Assembly: GCA_963823535.1 (NCBI GenBank)
Contig: CAWGLZ010000004.1
Coordinates: 291,458-315,457, forward strand
Source of the DNA: an uncultured Gammaproteobacteria bacterium
GTDB taxonomy: Bacteria; Pseudomonadota; Gammaproteobacteria; Steroidobacterales; Steroidobacteraceae
Direction: 5' to 3'
Length of the DNA: 24,000 nucleotides
The stretch's first letter is position 1; each line of letters begins with the position of its first letter. Below are positions 1 through 8,366 of the stretch, one piece after another. Both the position numbers and the translations under genes were made by a program. A model generated the notes under the pieces. The model was not told where the DNA came from and did no database searches. It saw only the letters and a program-made list of their open reading frames with translations.

Positions 1-3000
1 GCAAAGATCATCGAACCGGCCAGGCGTTCGTACTCCTGTGCCTCGGCCTCCGAAATGCCGGACTGCTGCAGCACTACCTGGTTGTGCGTCCACGCAAGGT
101 CGAAGACCCGGTTGGCGAGGTGCCGATCCTGGTAGCGATCGATAAGGTGCTCCGCCGTGTCGCGCGAAGCCGTCGCCCCTGTGACAAGGTCGATCGTGGC
201 CGTCTGGTCGGGATCGAGGATGACCACCTGGCGCAGGGCGACGATCGGATCCAGCACCGGCCCCTGGCTGCCGGTGAGCGGGTCGACCACGACGAGTGCG
301 CGCGGACTGGCAAGGGAGCGGCCGCGGCCGATGAACTGCGCACGATCGGTCTCGAAGGACATGTCGCCGGTGTCCACGCTCGACACCGACATCAGATGAA
401 ACATCCAGTCCGGCCGTTCGTCCTGCGCGCGGGACCTGCGCGTGCACAGCACGGCTCTCTTGGCCCGCAGGATCTCGGTCTGGACGAACAGCTTGCTGAA
501 CGCGGGGTGCAGCGCATCCGCCGCCGGCGGTGCCAGGGCGACTTCGACGTAACTGGTGATTTCGAGCGTCCGGCGCTGGCCGGACCTGTTTATGAGTCGG
601 ACGCGGCGCAGCTCGATGTCGTGCTCGGGCGAGACCACGATCTCCGTCCGGGTCTCGATCAGCGAATCCTCGACGCGGTCCCGGCGATGAAATTCGGCAC
701 GTCCCTCGGTGAATATCGCTTCGTAGCTCTCGGGCTTCTTCTGCGTCGGTTGCGAGGCATTCGACCAGAACACACCAGTGGCGGTGTCGCGGATGTAGCA
801 GAAGCTGCCCGAGTGGTCGCGGGTCGCATCTTCCTGCCAGCGGGTGATCGCCAGGTCCTTCCAACGGCTGTATCCGCTGCCAGCCGCAGTGACGAGCACG
901 TGGTACCGGCCGTTCGACAACAGCTGCACTTCGGGCGCCGGCGTGTCCGGGCGGCTGATGACCCGAATCGGCAGCGCAGCGGTCTCCGCCGCCGCGTGTG
1001 CCAGCGGCAGCGCTGCAGGGTGCGCGAGGAACGCCGCGGATCTCGGGATCCGCTCGTGCAGGAGCATCATCGTGGCCTGGAACTGGGGGTCCGACGCAAA
1101 TCGCTTCTGCAGCGGGTGGTCGAGCAGCAGGTCCGCGAAGGACAGCAGGCTCATTCCCTGATGGTGGGCCATGTATGACCGGACGATCGCCCTGGCCTGG
1201 CCGCGCGGTATCCGCGATGGCGTGTAGTCCACGGCCTCGTGCATGCCGTATTGCCCGAGTACTCCCTCCGTGGCGAGCCGTTGCAGGTTCTCGCATGCGG
1301 CTTCGGGCTCGATCATCAGCGCAAGCGCCGATGCGTACGGGGCGATGACCAGGTCGTCCACCAGCCCACGCTGCAATCCCAGGCCTGGCACGCCGAAAGC
1401 GCGGTACTGGTAATTGCGGTGCGCGTCGACCATGTTGTAGCCGGATTCGGACATGCCCCAGGGAATGTCGCACTGGCGGCCGTACTCGATCTGGCGCCGC
1501 ACTGCCGACCGACTGGTCTGGCCGAGCAGGGTATCCGGAAAGTCGGGCATGACGAGCAGCGGCATCAGGTACTCGAACATCGAGCCGCTCCAGGAGACGA
1601 GTACCGGGTTCCCGCCGGCGAGCGTAAGCGACCGTCCCAGCGCGAACCAGTTCTCCTGCGGCAGCTGCCCCTGCGCGATGGCCACGAAACTGCTGAGCCT
1701 CGCCTCCGACGCGAGCAGGTCGTAATGGCTCGCGTCGCGGCGCCGTTCGGTCACGTTGTATCCAATCGTCAGCAAGCGACGACGCGCGTCGTACAGGAAG
1801 TCGAAGTCCGGAATCGCGAACTCGTTGGCCTGCCGGGCCAGGTCCTCGATGCTGCTGATTCGCTGCCGCGCGAGCGCGCTACCCGCGGCAATGGAACCCC
1901 GAAGCGCGAGCAGCCACGCGCGCCTCGTATCGTCGCGCTCCGCGGCGAGCGCCTGCGCGATGACCGGCTGCACCTGTACCTCGAGTCCTGCGATTTCGCG
2001 CAGGGTCGGTAGCCGTGCGTTCGGCATCAGCCCCTCCAATCCTGACGGGGGGGCGGTCAACGATGTCCACGGCGCGAGCAGCGCGACCTCGTCCCGGGCG
2101 GCCCGACACTGGTCGAGCAGTGCGCGGGCCCAGTCCTGTTGCGAGTCGGTGTCGGCCGCCGCGGCGACCGCTGCAGCACCGCTCGACGCAGCCTTGTCTG
2201 CCAGTTTGGCCAGCCGGTCCAGGCGTCGCCGTGCGTCGCCCAGCGTGGTGACTCCTGCTGCGATTGCCGCATCGAGTTCACGGCACAGCTCCGTATGCGG
2301 CGCCGCCATGTCACCGGCCCGAGATTCACTCGCGACGCCCAGCGTGTCGGCCAGGCCGTCAAACACCCGTCGCGACAGGATCGGCTGGTCGGCCAGGGCC
2401 AGCAGTCCGACCCGCAGTGTCAGCAGGTGAGCCGCGAAATTTCCGCTATCGACCGTCGAGATGTAAATCGGCAGCAGCGGCTTGAGATTCTGCGTGTCGT
2501 ACCAGTTGTAGAAGTGACCCCGGTACCGTTCGAGGGACGCCATGCTGCGAAGCGCCCTGGCGGTGCGGTCGAGAAGTCGTCCGCTCGAAAGGTAGCCGAA
2601 GTCATGGGCGACCAGGTTCGCGAGCAATGCCAGCCCCAGGTTGGTCGGCGACGTGCGATGCGCCACGGTCGGGCCCGGATGCGTCTGCACATTGTCCGGC
2701 GGGAGCCAGTTGTCCTCGGGTCCGACGAACGTATCGAAAAACGCCCAGGTCCGCCGCGCGAGTGAGCGGAGAAAGACTTCCTGCTCGTCCGTCAGTCGGG
2801 GCCGTGGCTGTATCAGCGGCCGGCTCAACCACCAGGTCACTGCGGGTGCGGCCAGCCACAGCAGCAGGATCGGCGCCGCCAGGATGAGCGCCGAAGGCCG
2901 CATCAGGGCCAGGCACGTGGCGGTTGCGAACGCGATCACCGGTGTCGCCCACATCGACCGGAGTGATCCGGGCAAGCCCGCTTCGCCGTCGTTGGCCGGA

Positions 3001-5840
3001 TCCCCCGACGGGCTCCATTCGAGCCGCCGCCGGCGCGACACCAGCATTCGCCAGCTCGTGCGCAGCGCAGCATCGGCGCCGGCGAAGGCTTCGTGCGGCA
3101 GGCAGGCCAGCGCAAGACCCGCCTGCGTCAACTGCGTGGCGGCCGACCGCGCGGTCCCAGCCAGGTGCTGGCGCACTGTCGCGTCCTGTGGCTTGCGCAG
3201 AAATTGCAGCATCGATTGCAGTAGCGACGGGACCAGGACGATGGCGACGGCGACCAGAGTCCAGGCCAGCGCGGATGGCAGCACGATCCAGGCGACCAGC
3301 AGCATAAGCAGCAGCGCTATCGGAACCAGGCTGCGCCGCAGGTTGTCGGCAATTTTCCACAGCGACAGGGCGGACAGCGGATTGCGGTACCGCTGCCCCC
3401 CGGCGCCCGGCACCCACGGCAGCAGCCAGCTTGCGATCTGCCAGTCGCCTCGCATCCATCGGTGTCGACGGGCGGCGTCCGCCGCATACGTCGACGGGTA
3501 GTCCTCAAAGAGCTCGACGTCACTCAGCAGCCCCGAGCGCGCGTAACAGCCTTCCAGCAGATCGTGGCTCAGTATCCGGCTGTCGGGAAACCTGCCGCCC
3601 ATCGACTGCTCGAAAGCGTCCACATCGTAGATGCCCTTGCCGATGAACGAGCCTTCGTCGAACAGGTCCTGGTAGACATCCGACACCGTCCTTGTATACG
3701 GATCGATACCCGCCTCGCCGCTGTGCATGCGCGCGTACCTGGAACGGTTCGTTCCAGGCAGGCTCGGGCTGACCCGCGGTTGCAGGATCCCATAGCCGCC
3801 GCGCACGCGCCCGAGCCTGTCGTCGAAACAAGGCCGGTTGAGCGCATGGGCCATGGTGCCAACCATCTGTCGCGCGGCATCTCGCGGCAGCTGAGTGTCG
3901 GTGTCGAGCGTAATCACGTAGCGGGTGCCTGCAAGCACGTCCAGGTTGCCGACGACCAGCGAGAAACGCTCGGAGGCACTCGCCCGACTCGATTCTCGAA
4001 GCAGCCAGTTGAGATCGGCGAGCTTGCCGCGCTTGCGCTCGAACCCCATCCAGGCCCGCTCGCCCGGATTCCATCGCCGAGGGCGATGAAAGAGAAAGAA
4101 TGCATCGCCTCCATAAAGCGTATTCAGCGCCTCGATCCGTCTGGAAGCGTGATCGAGCAGCGCACCGTCCTCAGGCATCGACTCCGTGGCCGCGTCCCGG
4201 AAGTCCGTCAACAGGCCGAAGCGCAGGTTCTCGTCGCGGTTGGCGAGAAACCGGACCTCGAGCATCTCGACGAGGTCGTCGATGTTGCCGATGCTGTTGA
4301 TCATCGTTGGGATGACTGCCAGCGTACTCGACGATGCGGGGATGCCGTCCGAGAAGTCCATGCGAGGTATCGCGCTCGGTTTTACCAGCATGGTCGCGAG
4401 CCAGTTGACCAGTGCGACCGCGAGCTGGCTGGTCGCAAGCACCGCGATGGCGGTGACGAGTGCAAGCCGCCATCCTGCGAGGCCGTCGGCCTGCGCGGTC
4501 GAAAACAAATAGCCACTGATCGCCGCGGTGATTACAGCGATGGTTCCGAGATACGCGAATAGCGGAAAGCGACGTACCGCGGTGCGCACAACTTCGTTCG
4601 CAGGGCGACGGAACCGCGCGGCTCGCTCCAGTTCGCCCAGGCCCCGATCGACCAGGTAATAGCCTACGTGCGCGCGCCGCGAGCGCTCGTCGTCGTCTGC
4701 ATCAGTGCGGACCGCCGCGTCGCGGGCAAGGCCGAGCGCGCCTTCTGCAACCTGTCGTTCCGTCTGGTCGCTGCGCCGGGCGATCCGCTCGATCACCAGG
4801 CGGTAGCTGTTGCGGGTTGCGAAGTCCATCCCCGCGTACGCGGCGGCCGGGTCCTCGCACAGCACCCGCTCAACGACGCTCAGGGACTCGACGAAGCTGC
4901 GCCAGTCCATGGATGCGAGGAAGCGCAGGCTGTCGATAGAGTTTCCGATGGTGACCTGGTCGGCAGACTTGATCTGGTTGCCCGCCTGCACCAGTTGCTC
5001 GGTCGTCAGGCCATCCTCGGCCAGTCGCTGCTCGATCCAGGTCAATGCAAGGGCCAGCGCCCCGCTCTGGCGCTGCAGGCCGCGCACGAACTCGGACACA
5101 AACGGCGCGGACATCGGCGGATTCGAACGTGCCATGTCCGCGATTACCAAGATCAGGCTTTTCGGATCCGTATTGACGGCCGTGATCATCCTGCCCGACC
5201 AGCCATCCGCGAGATCGCGGTCGACGCGTGCAGCCGCAACACGCAACGCCACCCGGCGGACATTCTCGATCAGGGCGAGTCGCAGCATGATCGGGATCGC
5301 CCAGAGCTCCCCGAGGTTCAGCGTCGTGCCGCTTTCGTATGCGGCCAGGAATCGCCTCAGGCCATGCAGGCCGATTCGGCCATCCCCATGCGCGACCGTC
5401 TCGAGCGCGATGTCATAGACGCGCGGGAAGCCAGCCGAAGGCCCATGTGCGAGGCGCGGGAGTTGCCGACTGTAGTTCCTCGGCAAGTGTCGCTTTGCGG
5501 CGCGGATCTGCTCCTCGATCAGGTAGAAATTGTCGAGCAGCCATTCGCCGGCGGGCGACACGCGGCGGTCGGTCGTGACCGCCTCGGTCAGCTGGTCGAA
5601 TACCCCGTGCAGGACTTCTTCGTTGTCGGCCAGCCGCGGCAGCAGCCGGTCTGGCGCCCGCCCACGCGCAAGGGTGTGCGATCCAGCGAGATACCGACCG
5701 TGTTGCTCCATCTGGTCGTCGCTGAAGAGCTCCGATCGCAGGGGCGGTTCCGGAGGTGAGACATCGAACGCCAGGCGCCGCCGCCCCAGCCGATCCGTCA
5801 CGCGTCGGGTGCGAGCGAAGAGACTGCCACCTGCAAACAT
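1..5840 (-). CDS. ndvB: Cyclic beta-1,2-glucan synthase (NdvB/ChvB/Cgs family), N-terminal ~1946 codons; the 3' end lies beyond the left window edge
   Basis: Hand translation of the minus strand from ATG 5840..5838 (GGAG at 5856..5853) is open down to position 3. It starts MFAGGSLFARTRRVTDRLG. Hallmarks: AGEWLLDNFYLIEEQIR near the N-terminus; glycosyltransferase motifs VIPTMINS...LRFGLLTDFRDA, YVITLDTDTQLPRDAARQMVGTMAHALNRP, GYGILQPRVSPSLP, SDVYQDLFDEGSFIGKGIYDVDAFE and SHDLLEG; then phosphorylase-like WYDTQNLKPLLPIYISTVDSGNFAAHL and SWSGSMFEYLMPLLVMP. It is absent from the ORF track because it has no stop in the window. Confidence 0.9.
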   Translation of the reverse strand, partial: MFAGGSLFARTRRVTDRLGRRRLAFDVSPPEPPLRSELFSDDQMEQHGRYLAGSHTLARGRAPDRLLPRLADNEEVLHGVFDQLTEAVTTDRRVSPAGEWLLDNFYLIEEQIRAAKRHLPRNYSRQLPRLAHGPSAGFPRVYDIALETVAHGDGRIGLHGLRRFLAAYESGTTLNLGELWAIPIMLRLALIENVRRVALRVAAARVDRDLADGWSGRMITAVNTDPKSLILVIADMARSNPPMSAPFVSEFVRGLQRQSGALALALTWIEQRLAEDGLTTEQLVQAGNQIKSADQVTIGNSIDSLRFLASMDWRSFVESLSVVERVLCEDPAAAYAGMDFATRNSYRLVIERIARRSDQTERQVAEGALGLARDAAVRTDADDDERSRRAHVGYYLVDRGLGELERAARFRRPANEVVRTAVRRFPLFAYLGTIAVITAAISGYLFSTAQADGLAGWRLALVTAIAVLATSQLAVALVNWLATMLVKPSAIPRMDFSDGIPASSSTLAVIPTMINSIGNIDDLVEMLEVRFLANRDENLRFGLLTDFRDAATESMPEDGALLDHASRRIEALNTLYGGDAFFLFHRPRRWNPGERAWMGFERKRGKLADLNWLLRESSRASASERFSLVVGNLDVLAGTRYVITLDTDTQLPRDAARQMVGTMAHALNRPCFDDRLGRVRGGYGILQPRVSPSLPGTNRSRYARMHSGEAGIDPYTRTVSDVYQDLFDEGSFIGKGIYDVDAFEQSMGGRFPDSRILSHDLLEGCYARSGLLSDVELFEDYPSTYAADAARRHRWMRGDWQIASWLLPWVPGAGGQRYRNPLSALSLWKIADNLRRSLVPIALLLMLLVAWIVLPSALAWTLVAVAIVLVPSLLQSMLQFLRKPQDATVRQHLAGTARSAATQLTQAGLALACLPHEAFAGADAALRTSWRMLVSRRRRLEWSPSGDPANDGEAGLPGSLRSMWATPVIAFATATCLALMRPSALILAAPILLLWLAAPAVTWWLSRPLIQPRPRLTDEQEVFLRSLARRTWAFFDTFVGPEDNWLPPDNVQTHPGPTVAHRTSPTNLGLALLANLVAHDFGYLSSGRLLDRTARALRSMASLERYRGHFYNWYDTQNLKPLLPIYISTVDSGNFAAHLLTLRVGLLALADQPILSRRVFDGLADTLGVASESRAGDMAAPHTELCRELDAAIAAGVTTLGDARRRLDRLAKLADKAASSGAAAVAAAADTDSQQDWARALLDQCRAARDEVALLAPWTSLTAPPSGLEGLMPNARLPTLREIAGLEVQVQPVIAQALAAERDDTRRAWLLALRGSIAAGSALARQRISSIEDLARQANEFAIPDFDFLYDARRRLLTIGYNVTERRRDASHYDLLASEARLSSFVAIAQGQLPQENWFALGRSLTLAGGNPVLVSWSGSMFEYLMPLLVMPDFPDTLLGQTSRSAVRRQIEYGRQCDIPWGMSESGYNMVDAHRNYQYRAFGVPGLGLQRGLVDDLVIAPYASALALMIEPEAACENLQRLATEGVLGQYGMHEAVDYTPSRIPRGQARAIVRSYMAHHQGMSLLSFADLLLDHPLQKRFASDPQFQATMMLLHERIPRSAAFLAHPAALPLAHAAAETAALPIRVISRPDTPAPEVQLLSNGRYHVLVTAAGSGYSRWKDLAITRWQEDATRDHSGSFCYIRDTATGVFWSNASQPTQKKPESYEAIFTEGRAEFHRRDRVEDSLIETRTEIVVSPEHDIELRRVRLINRSGQRRTLEITSYVEVALAPPAADALHPAFSKLFVQTEILRAKRAVLCTRRSRAQDERPDWMFHLMSVSSVDTGDMSFETDRAQFIGRGRSLASPRALVVVDPLTGSQGPVLDPIVALRQVVILDPDQTATIDLVTGATASRDTAEHLIDRYQDRHLANRVFDLAWTHNQVVLQQSGISEAEAQEYERLAGSMIF

Positions 5841-6020
5841 CAATGGGGAAAACTCCTGGAGCCCGATGGCGGGCAGCGCCGGTCAACCGTGGGTCCGGTC
5901 AAGGGCGCTCGTGCACTTCTGGCGTGAGAACGGCCGGCGGTGACACTGCCGCGTGCCGAGGAAGGCCTAGTATGCGGCGTCCAGAGGTCTTCCGTGCGAC
6001 GACGAGTGGTAATGCAGGGC

Positions 6021-6169
6021 AGAATCCGCATTCGGCGAGTACTGACGAGTCCCGGCGGGAGTTGAGTGGAGGGCGGGCCATCTAACTTGTTGATTCAAAA
6101 CAACCCGCAAACCAATAGGTGCTCCTACGAACCAGGAGGCCGGGAGTTCGAATCTCTCCGGGCGCGCCA
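6021..6169 (+). pseudogene. tRNA-Arg(ACG)-derived element, copy A: canonical 3' half (6125-6169) preceded by a ~105-nt partly conserved leader; no 5' half
   Basis: 6125-6169 is CTACGAA-CCAGG-AGGCC-GGGAG-TTCGAAT-CTCTC-CGGGCGC-G-CCA. That parses as anticodon loop (U33, ACG, A37), 3' anticodon stem, 5-nt variable loop, T arm, 3' acceptor strand, discriminator and CCA. It has the same architecture as E. coli tRNA-Arg(ACG). No GCGCCCG acceptor 5' strand, D arm or CCTGG stem partner lies upstream. It aligns without indels over 150 nt to 16033-16182. Confidence 0.6.
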
Positions 6170-6177
6170 GTTGTATC

Positions 6178-6205
6178 AAAGGCTTACGGTAGCGCGTAGG
6201 CCTTT
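6178..6205. terminator. Hairpin between the convergent tRNA-derived element A and the end of the minus-strand operon (possible bidirectional terminator)
   Basis: AAAGGCTTAC (6178-6187) pairs with GTAGGCCTTT (6196-6205): 10 bp with one G-U, 8-nt loop. It overlaps the TAA of the 6204..6419 ORF. The flanking U-tract is weak (TTTGAT on the minus strand). Confidence 0.45.
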
Positions 6206-6419
6206 ATGCTGTCTGGCGTAGGGAAATCGTAGAGTCACTGTCCACGACGCCCCACGTCCGCTCGATCCGCTGGGCCGCCGCCGACACATGCTCCCGCTGC
6301 TTCCGCGCCGAGTGCGCATACCGCAGCACTCGTACGACTTCCAGCCGACTGCACCAGCAGCAGCCTGCGGTGTCGATGATGCAGGTTCCGCTGCCGCAGC
6401 AGCGTGGGTCTTCGCTCAT
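6204..6419 (-). CDS. Small Cys-rich protein with a CWC motif (possibly Cys_rich_CWC family), 71 aa
   Basis: ATG at 6419 has GGAG 8 nt upstream (CAGGAGTTCGGAATG). Product starts MSEDPRCCGSGTCIIDTAGCCWCSRLEVV. It is the last ORF of the collinear minus-strand cluster. In the ORF track it appears only as the tail of the chimeric 296-aa ORF 6204..7094. Confidence 0.45.
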   Translation of the reverse strand: MSEDPRCCGSGTCIIDTAGCCWCSRLEVVRVLRYAHSARKQREHVSAAAQRIERTWGVVDSDSTISLRQTA

Positions 6420-6445
6420 TCCGAACTCCTGGTTGTCAGGACAAG

Positions 6446-6737
6446 CTACTTCACGAGAGGCCGCACCGTGGTGAAGCCGCCATCCACCGCAATCACTTGG
6501 CCGGTCAGGCGGGCCGCGCCACCGCCCAGAAGCCAGGCCATCACGTCGGCCACCTGATGAGCCGTCTGCACACCTCCCAGCGGGTACCGCCGCGCTGCGC
6601 ACCAGCGCCTCGACGTCGGCCAGGCGGTCGGCCTCGCGCCCCACCGCAGCGACGCGGCACCCTTGGGCGTGCAATTGGTGAGCCAGGGCGCGACCGATGC
6701 CGCCGCTGGCACCCGTGATGAGGACGGTCGAAGTCAT
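6446..6737 (-). pseudogene. Short-chain dehydrogenase/reductase remnant: N-terminal Rossmann segment joined to the C-terminal segment by an internal deletion plus frameshift
   Basis: Frame 1 from ATG 6737 gives MTSTVLITGASGGIGRALAHQLHAQGCRVAAVGREADRLADVEAL (TGxxxGIG motif). A different frame gives YPLGGVQTAHQVADVMAWLLGGGAARLTGQVIAVDGGFTTVRPLVK*, ending at 6446 (typical SDR C-terminus). Together that is ~92 residues, against the ~240 expected. The catalytic Ser-Tyr-Lys core is missing. Confidence 0.7.
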
Positions 6738-6768
6738 GGGGTGTGTTCCGAGGGTGAAATAGATGAGA

Positions 6769-7170
6769 TCAGCGGGGCACGTCGGGCCGGTCCAGCCGGG
6801 ACGCCCAGCGCTGCAGCGCCGGCCGCCAGCGCAGAAAGAAGCGATACAGGCGCTCCATCGTCCAGGTGGCGCCTGGCAGACGGCAGACCAGGGCCAGCCA
6901 GCGCCAGCCCGGCAGCGCAGCCCACAGCGCCAGAAAGGCTTGCGCGCCGCTGAGCAACTGGCCGTCGCTGCCGTACACGTGAAAGCGCGCCAGCAGTTGC
7001 TCGCGCGTGGTGCCATTCGGCAGCTGCGACGCGGGATCGCTGACGTCGGCAAAGCACACCTGCGTATTCGGCCGCAGGCCGCGATAGACGCCAATCTCGC
7101 GGCGGCACAGTGGGCAGGCGCCGTCGTAGAGCACCGTCAGCGGCGGCGGTTCGTGGACGGGGTCGGTCAC
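6769..7170 (-). CDS. DCC-family thiol-disulfide oxidoreductase (DUF393)
   Basis: Contains LTVLYDGACPLCRREIGVYRG (the DxxCxxC signature of the family). I place the start at GTG 7170, which overlaps the upstream stop as GTGA (7167-7170). The ORF-track start at 7242 would overlap the upstream gene by 76 nt. Confidence 0.85.
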   Translation of the reverse strand: MTDPVHEPPPLTVLYDGACPLCRREIGVYRGLRPNTQVCFADVSDPASQLPNGTTREQLLARFHVYGSDGQLLSGAQAFLALWAALPGWRWLALVCRLPGATWTMERLYRFFLRWRPALQRWASRLDRPDVPR

Positions 7171-8366
7171 GATGCAGGCACCTCGTTGACGGCCAGCAGG
7201 TCCGCAGCCGAATTCAGGCCACCCGAGGTACGGGCCCACCATTGCGAAAAAGAGTCGCAGCGCCGATCAACCCGCGGAAACAGGACCGGCGCGCACTCGC
7301 ATTTGGCCCAGCTTGGCAGCCACGGCGCCACATGTGGCTCGGCGATACTGCGCACGCTGCGGGCGCCCGCGAGCGCAGCGCCAATGGCGGCCGCGTCGCC
7401 ATGCCAGCGCTGGGCAGCGAGTTCAGTCATGCGGCTGTCCACGAAGCGCCAGCGCCGCTTGCTCCACGGCCATGCCCTGTGGAAGTCGGCCAGGAAGACG
7501 CCGATCACCACGGTATCGACCGGCAACGAGGTCGGCAGGGGGCCCAGGCTCCAGGGGTGGACGAGCCAGATGTCGCGGCCTGTCACGGCGGCAGCGTCGG
7601 GAGCTGTACAGCCGAGTTCAACTGGCGGCTCTGCGCCGAGTGTTGGTTCGGGCAGAGATGGGCTGCAAGGTGGCGCGTCGAACTCGCGCCGAGGCTGCCT
7701 CGCCACGCGGTCCAGCGCTTCGTAGGACGTGTCGATCACGCTGCCGGGGCTGTGCCATGACGATGGTGCGTACCGGGCGACGTTCTCGGCATTGAAGAGG
7801 TACGGCTTGCTGCTGCCGGTACCTGCGACCCATTGCCAGCTGAGGTGGTTGCTGGCCAGGTCGCCATCGAGCAGGTGGCCGTAAAGCCAGTCGGCGCCGG
7901 TGCGCCAATGCACCTTGCGCATGTGCACCACATAGCTGGCCAGCCACATGCGCGCGTGGTTGTGCAGCAGGCCCGTCGTGTACAGCGTGCGCACCGCCTC
8001 GTCCACCACCGGCACCCCCGTGCAGCCCTGGCGGATGTCCGCCGGCAGCTCGCCCGCGTAGGCGTCATCGGGCAGCGGCCCTTCGTGCAGCGAGCGCAGG
8101 ATGCCCTCGCCGCGGTGCTGCCAAACATGACGAAAGTAGGCGCGCCAGCCCAGTTCGAAGACGAACTTGTGCTGCGTGTCCAGCGAGTGGCGCGCGGCGA
8201 CGCCGGCCAGCACATCCTTCAGCGTGACGAAGCCATGCGTGATGTAGGGCGACAGCCCCGTCACCGCACCGTCGAGCGCGTTGCGCGTGCGGGCGTAGGC
8301 GGCCGGTCGCACGGCGGCGATGCGGGCCTGCGCGGCCGCGAGCGTGGGTACGAAGGTCTCAGGCAT
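7167..8366 (-). CDS. Cryptochrome/photolyase-family protein that begins with the FAD-binding helical domain and carries a ~170-aa C-terminal extension resembling the photolyase alpha/beta domain
   Basis: From ATG 8366: MPETFVPTLAAAQARIAAVRPAAYARTRNALDGAVTGLSPYITHG, ELGWRAYFRHVW, TGLLHNHARMWLASYVV, LLDGDLASNHLSWQWVAGTGSSKPYLFNAENV (FAD_binding_7-type motifs). The tail reads DIWLVHPWSL...VIGVFLADFHRAWPWSKRRWRFVDSRMTELAAQ...CDSFSQWWAR. The start ATG lies inside ATGCCTGA, an 8-nt overlap with the upstream stop. Confidence 0.8.
   Translation of the reverse strand: MPETFVPTLAAAQARIAAVRPAAYARTRNALDGAVTGLSPYITHGFVTLKDVLAGVAARHSLDTQHKFVFELGWRAYFRHVWQHRGEGILRSLHEGPLPDDAYAGELPADIRQGCTGVPVVDEAVRTLYTTGLLHNHARMWLASYVVHMRKVHWRTGADWLYGHLLDGDLASNHLSWQWVAGTGSSKPYLFNAENVARYAPSSWHSPGSVIDTSYEALDRVARQPRREFDAPPCSPSLPEPTLGAEPPVELGCTAPDAAAVTGRDIWLVHPWSLGPLPTSLPVDTVVIGVFLADFHRAWPWSKRRWRFVDSRMTELAAQRWHGDAAAIGAALAGARSVRSIAEPHVAPWLPSWAKCECAPVLFPRVDRRCDSFSQWWARTSGGLNSAADLLAVNEVPAS

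Noticed and set aside
84-5759. Long plus-strand ORFs in the track (84..1178, 1239..2012, 1756..2430, 2139..2765, 2641..3501, 3462..4562, 4668..5759) and minus-strand ORFs in other frames (2602..3459, 3520..4074, 5413..5886)
   Set aside because: Their products are Arg/Ala/Pro-rich and low in complexity, with no recognisable motifs. They lie antisense to, or out of frame with, the uninterrupted ndvB frame, whose translation shows dense family motifs. These are typical shadow ORFs of a high-GC gene.
5905-6169. tmRNA (ssrA) interpretation of the tRNA-like 3' ends (both copies)
   Set aside because: - There is no GGGG...TTCGAC 5' domain that pairs with the 3' acceptor strand.
- There is no G3:U70 alanine identity pair.
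- There is no plausible tag reading frame ending in ...LAA plus a stop.
- The 3' half instead parses perfectly as tRNA-Arg(ACG), and the element occurs twice.
6072-6169. tRNA-Sec or another complete unusual tRNA (ATTCAAA loop with UCA in copy A; 8-bp GGCGGGCC/GGCGCGCC pairing)
   Set aside because: - The stem closing the TTCAAAA loop is only 4 bp, with an 8-nt loop.
- Copy B has TTTGAAA at the same place and a different partner strand.
- There is no D arm.
- The alternative acceptor pairing needs a G-G mismatch and 2 unpaired nucleotides after the T stem.
5905-6169. Intron-containing (group I) tRNA-Arg, with the 5' exon at GCGCTCG (5905)
   Set aside because: - Only 15 nt separate the candidate acceptor strand from a TCTGG stem partner, leaving no room for a D arm.
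- No group I core elements (P7 / AGACUA-like) are seen.
- Copy B has no equivalent 5' exon. Its upstream sequence is the coding end of the 31-aa ORF.
6204-7094. 296-aa ORF from the track treated as one gene
   Set aside because: It is a read-through chimera. Part is antisense or out of frame with the DCC gene, followed by the SDR N-terminal fragment, frameshifted junk and the CWC ORF. Only the segments annotated separately have protein-like sequence.
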